This document shows, piece after piece, positions 56,455 through 64,000 of a DNA stretch of 64,000 nucleotides. The stretch is from an uncultured Bacteroidaceae bacterium (lineage in GTDB: Bacteria; Bacteroidota; Bacteroidia; Bacteroidales; GCA-2748055), in NCBI GenBank assembly GCA_964563105.1, contig CAZLXM010000004.1, positions 11,525-75,524 on the forward strand. Reading direction: 5' to 3'. The stretch's first letter is position 1. Each line of letters starts with the position of its first letter. The notes under the pieces are model-generated. The model made no database searches, was not told the DNA's origin, and saw nothing but the letters and a program-made list of their open reading frames with translations. Position numbers and translations under genes: made by a program.

Positions 56455-57882
56455 ATGAGACACGAAACATCACGCACAAAAATCATTGCGACGTTAGGGC
56501 CTGCATCTTCCGACAAGGAAATACTGAGACAATTATTTATTGAGGGTATTGATGCTTGCCGTCTTAATTTTTCTCATGGAACAGCTCAGACACACATAGA
56601 TAATATAATGAAGATCAGGGAACTAAATGACGAAATGAATGCTAATGTAGCAATATTGGCTGATCTTCAGGGACCAAAATTAAGAATAGGAGAGGTTGAA
56701 AATAATGGGGTAATGTTAACAGAAGGAGAAAAATTCCGGCTTGTTACCAAAGAATGTACAGGCTCAAGTAATAAAGTTTATATGAATTATGAACTTCTTC
56801 CTAAAGATATAAAGCCCGGTGAGATTATCCTTATTGATGACGGAAAAATAAAATTACTTGTAATTTCTACAAATTCAGTCGATGAAATAGAAACAGTTGT
56901 TATTCATGGTGGATTACTAACTTCAAAAAAAGGCGTAAATCTTCCGGGTACCAAAGTATCACTACCAAGCCTGAGCAAAAAGGATATTGAAGATGCAAAA
57001 CTTGCCCTTGAATATGATGTAGATTGGATTGCCTTATCCTTTGTAAGGTCAGCAAATGATCTGCTTGAATTAAAAGAATTAATCAGGCAAAGCAACAAAA
57101 ACACCCGGATTATTGCGAAAATTGAAAAACCTGAAGCACTTGAAGAAATTATAGATATAATTGAAATAGCAGATGGCATAATGGTTGCCAGAGGAGATTT
57201 GGGAGTTGAAGTTGATTTTAACCGTATTCCCCTTATTCAGAAAGATATTCTCCAACGCTGTATTGAACACTCAAAACCGGTGATCGTAGCAACACAAATG
57301 ATGGAAAGTATGATCACAAATTTCAGGCCCACCCGTGCAGAAGCCAATGATGTTGCAAATGCAGTCCTTGATGGTGCTGACACGCTTATGCTAAGCGGTG
57401 AAACTTCTGTCGGTAAATATCCGGTAGATGTTATCAGAAGTATGCAAAAAATAATAGACTGGACGGAAGATTATGGCTATCATTATTATATTAATCGCCC
57501 TCCCAATGAATATTCACGAACTTTTCTTTCAGATTCTATCTGTTATAATGCCTGTATGATGGCAAAACAAACAAATGCTGAGGCTATAGTAATTTTTACC
57601 AATTCGGGTTATACTGCTTTCCAGATTTCATCATTTCGCCCTAAAGCGCACATTTTCGCCTTTACCATGAATCAGGACCTCCTTCCAATATTGTCATTGG
57701 TATGGGGAGTTCGTGCTTTCCTGTCGGAAGGAGATGAAAATATTGATGATTATATTGAACATTCTATCAATTTCCTGAAAGACAGAAATCTGATTAAAGA
57801 AGGTGATGTTGTTGTTCATGCAGGAAGCATACCTATCCTGGAAAGGGGCAGAACAAATATGTTGAAACTAAGTTATATATAA
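56455..57882 (+). CDS. pyk: pyruvate kinase
   Basis: 475 aa. The motifs are TKIIATLGPAS, RLNFSHG, LADLQGPKLR, MVARGDLGVE and MLSGETSVGKYP. Confidence 0.92.
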   Translation: MRHETSRTKIIATLGPASSDKEILRQLFIEGIDACRLNFSHGTAQTHIDNIMKIRELNDEMNANVAILADLQGPKLRIGEVENNGVMLTEGEKFRLVTKECTGSSNKVYMNYELLPKDIKPGEIILIDDGKIKLLVISTNSVDEIETVVIHGGLLTSKKGVNLPGTKVSLPSLSKKDIEDAKLALEYDVDWIALSFVRSANDLLELKELIRQSNKNTRIIAKIEKPEALEEIIDIIEIADGIMVARGDLGVEVDFNRIPLIQKDILQRCIEHSKPVIVATQMMESMITNFRPTRAEANDVANAVLDGADTLMLSGETSVGKYPVDVIRSMQKIIDWTEDYGYHYYINRPPNEYSRTFLSDSICYNACMMAKQTNAEAIVIFTNSGYTAFQISSFRPKAHIFAFTMNQDLLPILSLVWGVRAFLSEGDENIDDYIEHSINFLKDRNLIKEGDVVVHAGSIPILERGRTNMLKLSYI

Positions 57883-57960
57883 TTGAAACCTTTATCAGCC
57901 TCATCATTAAATCGTTATTCCAGAGATCCTTAGGGATATAATTTATAGGTCTTTTACTTT

Positions 57961-58467
57961 TTAGTAAAACCGGCCCATGCCCCTGCCGCCAGGTCCAAAT
58001 CCTCTACCCATACCGCCTCTTCCCACTCCCCTTCCCATACCAAACCTGCATACTCCCTGCCTGTATACCGGGGCTATGGAGTCTTGTGCAGCAGGTTCTG
58101 AAATATATCCCTGCCTGTAATACCCCGGACCTAAAAATAAACCTTGTCTGGCGCCCTGACCTAACATTAAGCCCTGTCTGTTTCCGGGACCGAACATAAG
58201 ACCTGGTCTGTTACCAGGTCCCAACATAAGACCCTGTCTGTTTCCGGGACCATACATAAGACCCTGCCTCAAAGGCACACATATACATTGGCCACTTTCT
58301 AAATAATCACATATACCATTATTATTAGCATCAACGTAACAAGGTCCGTATTGTGCACGTGGATCTATGGCAGGCTGCTTCGATTTAGTATCTTGTTTTT
58401 GTGCATTAATAGATACTGATAATCCCAAAAGAACAATGAAGGTAAAGAATATTCTGATTTTGTGCAT
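57961..58467 (-). CDS. secreted Gly/Arg-rich repeat protein
   Basis: 168 aa. It has a signal peptide (FIVLLGLSVSINAQ) and a Cys-containing segment (YGPCYVDANNNGICDYLESGQCICVP). It also has five decapeptide repeats GPGNRQGLM(L/F/Y) and a GMGRG-type tail. Confidence 0.6.
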   Translation of the reverse strand: MHKIRIFFTFIVLLGLSVSINAQKQDTKSKQPAIDPRAQYGPCYVDANNNGICDYLESGQCICVPLRQGLMYGPGNRQGLMLGPGNRPGLMFGPGNRQGLMLGQGARQGLFLGPGYYRQGYISEPAAQDSIAPVYRQGVCRFGMGRGVGRGGMGRGFGPGGRGMGRFY

Positions 58468-58637
58468 GTTTGAAAAATATAGTTTTTAAAGATATGATCT
58501 GCAAAAATTATTTTTTATTAAATTTAGTAACTTTTTGTATAAAAAACAAAAGTATCCTGTTGATCATGATGAATCGTTTTTTTATCCGATATTGAAGTAT
58601 CTAATACTAATAATCCTGAATTAATATCAGATTTTTT

Positions 58638-61097
58638 TCAGGCTGTAGTACTTTCAAATTTCAGGGGATTATTTACTCTTTCATCTAATAAAGCAAAATC
58701 CAGTACATCAAGGATTTTATCCTTATAATGGAAAGTAAGCCCTTCCTTATATATATCTTTTATCTCTTCAACATCTTTAGCATTCTCACCTGAAATAATA
58801 ATATCGTCAATTCCGGCTCTTTTTGCTGCCAGAATTTTTTCTTTTATTCCCCCAACAGCTAATAATTTACCTCTAAGTGTAATTTCACCTGTCATTGCCA
58901 GTTTTTTACGAACTTTCCTTTGGGTAAAGGCGGATGCAAGCGCTGTAACCATAGTTATACCGGCTGAAGGGCCATCTTTAGGAATAGCTCCCTCCGGAAC
59001 ATGAATATGAACATTCCACTTTTCGAATATTTCCGGGTTAATATCAAGATAATCAGCATGGGATTTTAAATACTCCAAAGCTATCACCGCAGATTCTTTC
59101 ATTACATCTCCCAGATTTCCTGTTAAGGTTAGATTACCTTTCCCTTTACTCAGACTTGACTCTATATACAATATATCACCGCCGGTTGAAGTCCATGCCA
59201 ATCCGGTCACAACTCCGGCAAATTCATTGGATTCATAGCGATCTTTATTATATTTTGGCACCCCCAGAAGATCTTTCAGGTCGCTAACCTTAATAATTTT
59301 AGAAAATTCATCTCCAAATGCTATCTTTTTCGCAAGTATCCTTAGAACCCGGGCAATTTCCTTATCAAGCTGACGAACACCGGATTCCCGGGTATAAAAT
59401 TCTGTTATATGCTCAATTGTTCCTTTTCCAAATTTTATGTCTTTTTTATTTATACCATGGGCATTATATTGTTTGGGTATAAGATGCCTTTTGGCAATTT
59501 CAGTTTTTTCCTCAACGAGATAGCCTGAAATCTCAATTATTTCCATTCTGTCGAGTAAAGCCGGATTAATTGTTGAAGTAGTATTTGCAGTAGCAATAAA
59601 CATTACTTTTGAAAGATCATAATCCAGGCCCAGGAAATTATCATGGAATGCATTATTTTGTTCAGGATCCAGCACTTCAAGAAGTGCCGATTCCGGATCA
59701 CCATGAAAATCACGTCCGGTTTTATCAATTTCATCCAAAACAAAAACCGGATTGGATGAACCGGCCTTTTTAAGATTCTGGATAATTCTGCCCGGCATTG
59801 CACCTATATATGTTTTACGGTGGCCTCTGATCTCTGATTCATCATGAAGCCCTCCCAAAGACATTCTGATATATTTCCTGTTTAATGCTGATGCTATCGA
59901 TTTCCCAAGTGAGGTTTTCCCAACTCCCGGAGGGCCTGTTAAACAAAGAATCGGAGCTTTCATATCCCCTTTCAGCTTTAATACTGCAAGATGCTCCAGA
60001 ATTCTGTCTTTAACATTTTCAAGGCCAAAATGATCTCTGTCTAAAATCCTTCCTGCTCTTTTAAGATCAAAATTATCTTTTGTATAATGATTCCAGGGCA
60101 GATCAACTAAAGTCTCCATATAATTAATCTGCACAGAATATTCAGCTGAAGCAGGATTAAGCCTTTGAAGCTTATCAATTTCTTTCATAAAAGCTTCACG
60201 GACTTCATCAGACCATTTCTTCTTTTTAGCTTTAGCCATAAACCCCTCTATTTCCTGATCAACAGGGCTTCCTCCTAATTCATTCTGTATCATTTTCATC
60301 TGTTGATGAAGCAGGAATTCTCTCTGCTGCTGATCCAGATCATGCTTAACTTTAAGTTGAATATCGTTTTTTAACTCAAGCATTTGTACTTCTTTAGTAA
60401 GATATTCAAGAAGCTTAATACCTCTCTCTCTTAAATTATTTATCTCCAGCAATTTTTGTTTCTCCTGAATTGCCATATCATTGTTGGATGATAGAAAGTT
60501 TACAAGGAAAGAGGAACTTTCAATATTTTTAACAGCAAATGTCGCTTCGGGGGGGATATTGGAAGAGAGCCGTATTATTTTCATGGATATATCCTTTAAA
60601 GAAGCAACAATAGCTTGTAATTCATCCGGATTATCACTATGAACCTCTTCTATTATTTTAATCCTCGAGGTAAAATATGGTTTTTCTGAAACCATTTCAA
60701 TAATTTCAAACTTTTTCTTCCCCTGAATAATAACAGATGTTGAACCATCAGGCATTTCAAGGATCTTTAAAATTTGTGCCACAGTACCAATTTTATAAAT
60801 ATCATGAAATGACGGTTCTTCAATTCCGATATCTTTCTGGGCCACAACTCCGAGTATCTTGTTTTTCTGATATACTTCTTTTATGAGTTTTAAGGATTTT
60901 GCCCTTCCAACTGTAATAGGGATAATTACCCCTGGAAAAAGAACAGTGTTTCTAAGTGGTAAAACGGGTAGTATATCCGGAAATGTCTGTTTCTGATCTT
61001 CCTCTTCATCATCTGTAATAATAGGAATATATTCGGTATCTGCATCCATAGTCTGAACTTCAATATAGGCCTTATATTCCTTGTCATGTATCTTCAT
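58638..61097 (-). CDS. lon: ATP-dependent Lon protease (LonA)
   Basis: 819 aa. It has a LON N-domain, Walker A GPPGVGKTS, VFVLDEIDK and the protease Ser motif PKDGPSAGITM with ...GIKEKILAAKRAG. Confidence 0.95.
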   Translation of the reverse strand: MKIHDKEYKAYIEVQTMDADTEYIPIITDDEEEDQKQTFPDILPVLPLRNTVLFPGVIIPITVGRAKSLKLIKEVYQKNKILGVVAQKDIGIEEPSFHDIYKIGTVAQILKILEMPDGSTSVIIQGKKKFEIIEMVSEKPYFTSRIKIIEEVHSDNPDELQAIVASLKDISMKIIRLSSNIPPEATFAVKNIESSSFLVNFLSSNNDMAIQEKQKLLEINNLRERGIKLLEYLTKEVQMLELKNDIQLKVKHDLDQQQREFLLHQQMKMIQNELGGSPVDQEIEGFMAKAKKKKWSDEVREAFMKEIDKLQRLNPASAEYSVQINYMETLVDLPWNHYTKDNFDLKRAGRILDRDHFGLENVKDRILEHLAVLKLKGDMKAPILCLTGPPGVGKTSLGKSIASALNRKYIRMSLGGLHDESEIRGHRKTYIGAMPGRIIQNLKKAGSSNPVFVLDEIDKTGRDFHGDPESALLEVLDPEQNNAFHDNFLGLDYDLSKVMFIATANTTSTINPALLDRMEIIEISGYLVEEKTEIAKRHLIPKQYNAHGINKKDIKFGKGTIEHITEFYTRESGVRQLDKEIARVLRILAKKIAFGDEFSKIIKVSDLKDLLGVPKYNKDRYESNEFAGVVTGLAWTSTGGDILYIESSLSKGKGNLTLTGNLGDVMKESAVIALEYLKSHADYLDINPEIFEKWNVHIHVPEGAIPKDGPSAGITMVTALASAFTQRKVRKKLAMTGEITLRGKLLAVGGIKEKILAAKRAGIDDIIISGENAKDVEEIKDIYKEGLTFHYKDKILDVLDFALLDERVNNPLKFESTTA

Positions 61098-61298
61098 TTA
61101 ATTAATCTCCTTATAAGTAAATAACTTTATAAATACTTACTGCTAAATACAGAAAAAGTATTATAATTTCTTTAGAAAAATCCGGTATATAATAAACATA
61201 CCTGACAATTAGTCGGGTATAATGACAAAATAAACCGAAGATCTTTGGAAAAGTAAATAAACAAGTCTTATGCCAAATTGCATATACTAATTAGCTTT

Positions 61299-62483
61299 CT
61301 ATCTTCTGTATTTTTCAGTTATTGTAAATACAGATTCGAAAATTTCTTTATCCTTTTTATCAAAAAGGACATTTTTCATGGACATGGCAATTTTCGCTGT
61401 TTCAAGTGCTTTATCAAGAGAATAAGTTGAAAAGCCCTGTGAACCTCCCCAGCTAAATGAAGGAATAAAATTTCTTGGAAAACCTGTACCAAAAATATTT
61501 GCAGACATACCAACAACTGTTCCGGTATTAAACATTGTATTAATGGAACATTTTGAATGATCCCCCATTATCAGGCCGCAAAATTGTAAGCCGGTAGGGA
61601 TAAATCTTTCTTCTTTATATGACCAGAGTTTAACTTCAGTATAATTGTTTTTTAAATTCGAACAATTAGTATCCGCTCCAATATTGCACCACTCACCCAC
61701 AACCGAATTCCCCAGGTAACCATCATGAGATTTATTTGAATAGGCCTGAAGAATACTGTTTTTGATCTCTCCCCCGGCCTGGCAATAAGGACCGATAGTT
61801 GTAGGCCCATAGATTTTAGCAGAAAGTTTCAGAAGTGAACCTTCACATATTGCAAATGGCCCTCTGATAACACTGCCCTCCATCAATTCAGTGTTCTTTC
61901 CTATGTAAACAGGACCTTTAGATGCATTAATGGTTATATACTCAGCCTGTACCCCCTCTTCTACAAAAACATTCTCCGGAGATATGATATTATTTGAACC
62001 TGAAAGTTTATTCGATTTACAAGTTTTTGTAATAATGCCATAATCTCTTATAATCTCCTTTCCGTTTTTCTCAAAAAGATGCCAGGGATGATTAATATAA
62101 TCAATGTCCCCTTTGTATTGAATAAGCTCATAATTTTCACGATACAAAGGATTAAATTCATCAAGGGCAGTTTTTCCAAATCTGACAGCAATAAATTTAT
62201 CTTCCTTAATAAGTGCCTGCATCGGTTTCAAAGATTTAAGCGATCCGGCCAGATTGTCTTCAGGCAGAATACTGCCATTAATCAATAAATTGTCAGTCCC
62301 GGTATGAATGGGATATTTAGATGACAGATAACTCCTGGTATGATAACCATGAATCTCATTGAAATAAAATTTCCACTTTTCACTGATCTTTAATATCCCA
62401 ATTCTAAGATCGGCAACAGGGCGGGCAAAGGTTAAAGGCAACAGGGATTCCCATGAATTGTCTTCAAAAAGTATAATGTTCAT
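61299..62483 (-). CDS. putative sugar nucleotidyltransferase with left-handed beta-helix C-terminus (GlmU-like family)
   Basis: I prefer the start at Met7 (62483), which gives MNIILFEDNSWESLLPLTFARPVADLRIGIL, typical of this Bacteroidota family. Hexapeptide-like repeats occupy the C-terminal half. Confidence 0.65.
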   Translation of the reverse strand: MNIILFEDNSWESLLPLTFARPVADLRIGILKISEKWKFYFNEIHGYHTRSYLSSKYPIHTGTDNLLINGSILPEDNLAGSLKSLKPMQALIKEDKFIAVRFGKTALDEFNPLYRENYELIQYKGDIDYINHPWHLFEKNGKEIIRDYGIITKTCKSNKLSGSNNIISPENVFVEEGVQAEYITINASKGPVYIGKNTELMEGSVIRGPFAICEGSLLKLSAKIYGPTTIGPYCQAGGEIKNSILQAYSNKSHDGYLGNSVVGEWCNIGADTNCSNLKNNYTEVKLWSYKEERFIPTGLQFCGLIMGDHSKCSINTMFNTGTVVGMSANIFGTGFPRNFIPSFSWGGSQGFSTYSLDKALETAKIAMSMKNVLFDKKDKEIFESVFTITEKYRR

Positions 62484-62498
62484 AAAAAAATTATTTTC

Positions 62499-62506
62499 CA
62501 AAATTA
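62499..62506 (-). promoter_or_regulatory. candidate -7 box (TAATTTTG on the minus strand)
   Basis: The plus strand reads caaaatta. It lies 16 nt upstream of the preferred ATG at 62483, and supports that start over 62501. Confidence 0.3.
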
Positions 62507-62509
62507 AAT

Positions 62510-62547
62510 AAAAAAACTCCGGTATTCCTAAAATATCATACCGGAGT
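62510..62547 (-). terminator. intrinsic terminator after rpmE2
   Basis: The minus strand reads AACTCCGGTAT-(12 nt)-ATACCGGAGTT followed by TTTTTTATT. Confidence 0.65.
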
Positions 62548-62573
62548 TTATTATTTCTGATATAAAAGAAAAA

Positions 62574-62849
62574 TTATTTTTCGGTTTTTTTCTTTTTTTC
62601 AAGATGACTTTTGTAACGGCTCATAAATTTATCAACACGACCGGCAGTATCAACAAGTTTCATCTTACCCGTATAAAAAGGATGTGAAGATGATGAAATC
62701 TCCAGTTTAATTAAAGGATATTCTTTTCCGTCATCATGAACAATATTTTCTTTCGAAGGAGCTGCAGATCTGGTAATAATAGTATGCCCGTCAGACATAT
62801 CTTTAAATACTACTAATCTGTAATTCTTAGGATGAATATCTTTTTTCAT
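62574..62849 (-). CDS. rpmE2: 50S ribosomal protein L31, type B (no CxxC zinc ribbon)
   Basis: 91 aa. It has [10 protein letters not shown]...[10 protein letters not shown]...AGRVDKF and no Cys pairs. Confidence 0.9.
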   Translation of the reverse strand: MKKDIHPKNYRLVVFKDMSDGHTIITRSAAPSKENIVHDDGKEYPLIKLEISSSSHPFYTGKMKLVDTAGRVDKFMSRYKSHLEKKKKTEK

Positions 62850-62970
62850 ATAAAATAATTTAAATTTTAAAAATCACATTATGCCGCATTTAACTGGAAT
62901 TAAGAGGCTTACAAGCCTAATAAACATCAATGCCAATCATATGGATTTCATAGCCTTTTTTATGAGTTTG

Positions 62971-62978
62971 CAAAGGTA
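62971..62978 (-). promoter_or_regulatory. candidate -7 box (TACCTTTGcaaa on the minus strand)
   Basis: The plus strand reads tttgcaaaggta. It lies about 122 nt upstream of the rpmE2 ATG. Confidence 0.3.
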
Positions 62979-63046
62979 AGCATAGTAATGAAAAATACAA
63001 AATTTTCTTCCTAAATAATCTTTAATCGAACTATGTATTTACTATT

Positions 63047-64000
63047 TCAGAGAATGTTATCATCAATAACCTGTTTTGCCTTTTTCCTGGCTAAAGGTAC
63101 ATTTACCTTATCTGGCATAAATCGTTGAAAAGGTATTGAAGGATCAAGCATATATCTATAGGTGTAATGTGTTTTCGCCCTGACTCCCCCTACCGTTTCA
63201 TAGAGTGCAATCATTTTTGGGTTAAAATCACCAACCCATGACAACTCAATTTCCTGATAGTGAGGCTTATGATCCATCATTTGTTGTAAATTCCAAAATA
63301 TTCCTGATTCAACACCTGAATTTTGAAATTTTGGAACTACGCCCGCAACCTGAGCCCTTAATCTGTTTATAGTTTTTGTTTTTGTGTAATAGTAAAATCG
63401 AATTTTATTCAAAAAATGCAATTTTCCATTCAATTTTTTCAGTATTTGATTTATGTCAGGAAATAATATAAAAAATCCAATAGGTTCATTCTTATGATAC
63501 GCAAACCAAATAAGTTCTTCATCCAGTATTGGCTTTGACTTATTCATTCCCTCTCTAATATCAGCCGGGTCAATAGGCCTGAAATCTTCTTTGAAAGCCG
63601 ACCATGCACTGTTATAAATTAAAACCATATCATTAACAAACTTATCAGCTTCTTTCCAATTGAAATGACGAAATGAAAAATCAGGTTTTTTGCTGATCCA
63701 TTCGGCAATTTTCCAAAATCGGCCGGGGAATTTTTTATTCAGGTCGAGGTGATAACTGTATTGTTTAAAATATAACTGAAACCCATAATTTTCGAACAGG
63801 CTTTTATAATAAGGGAAATTATATGGCATGCCATAAGCAGGATGAGTAAAACCGTCAACTAAAAGCCCCCAGTTACTGTCATTTTCCCCAAAACTTACCG
63901 GACCATCAACAACCTTAGAACCTTTATTTCGTAACCAGGCTGTAGCCGCATTAAAAAGCAGATTCGCAACCTCCTGATCCTCAATACAATCAAATTGAAT
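63047..64000 (-). CDS. GNAT-fold-like acyltransferase family protein, paralogue of 22617..23738; 5' end outside window
   Basis: The reading frame stays open upstream of the listed Met (63829) to the window edge, reading IQFDCIEDQEVANLLFNAATAWLRNKGSKVVDGPVSFGENDSNWGLLVDGFTHPAYGMPYNF.... Confidence 0.5.
   Translation of the reverse strand: MQFDCIEDQEVANLLFNAATAWLRNKGSKVVDGPVSFGENDSNWGLLVDGFTHPAYGMPYNFPYYKSLFENYGFQLYFKQYSYHLDLNKKFPGRFWKIAEWISKKPDFSFRHFNWKEADKFVNDMVLIYNSAWSAFKEDFRPIDPADIREGMNKSKPILDEELIWFAYHKNEPIGFFILFPDINQILKKLNGKLHFLNKIRFYYYTKTKTINRLRAQVAGVVPKFQNSGVESGIFWNLQQMMDHKPHYQEIELSWVGDFNPKMIALYETVGGVRAKTHYTYRYMLDPSIPFQRFMPDKVNVPLARKKAKQVIDDNIL

Overview
The window is 64 kb of a low-GC chromosome (about 32% G+C in the lines I counted by hand). 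I assign it to Bacteroidota because it carries T9SS type B sorting-domain and PorP/SprF genes, a CarboxypepD_reg-type TonB receptor paired with DUF4249, TAnnTTTG-type -7 boxes and a type B L31. Most of it is ordinary housekeeping and metabolism. That includes a GH78 rhamnosidase tail, aminotransferases, an Fe-ADH, GGT, pirin, a DEAD-box helicase, tRNA-Asp(GTC), araB with an SSS symporter, an M1 peptidase, hldD, an MsbA-like ABC exporter, purB, pyk, lon and rpmE2. I saw no rRNA, CRISPR array, reverse transcriptase or recognisable defence or toxin-antitoxin system. Three transposase genes are all decayed: an IS4-type gene with an internal deletion, an N-terminal stub of an IS5/IS1182-type gene, and an IS256-type C-terminal part with an in-frame TGA.

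The accessory part runs from about 34.4 to 49.8 kb.
- (a) A 2.7-kb junk-flanked islet contains G-rich heptamer repeats, three perfect-phase 20-mers and two IS stubs. These surround a locally GC-rich gene for a Tat-signal protein with two DUF1284-like Cys-rich halves.
- (b) A four-gene surface module follows. It has a 9.1-kb gene for a 3037-aa protein with nine 405-bp tandem repeats, a 269-aa secreted protein, a small protein carrying a T9SS type B C-terminal domain, and a PorP/SprF gene that overlaps it by ATGA.

The giant protein and the 269-aa protein have no recognisable T9SS CTD, but they share a short C-terminal motif (P-x-IES-x3-L-x-RR). I consider this split arrangement the best candidate for something undescribed.

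Secondary oddities are:
- an ECF sigma factor coupled to a membrane protein with a C-terminal OM-barrel-like domain;
- a lipoprotein serpin;
- an HExxH-PD40-barrel fusion protein;
- a Tat-signal DegT-family enzyme;
- a secreted Gly/Arg decapeptide-repeat protein.

All family names come from my reading of the translated ORFs and from memory of those families. No searches were run.
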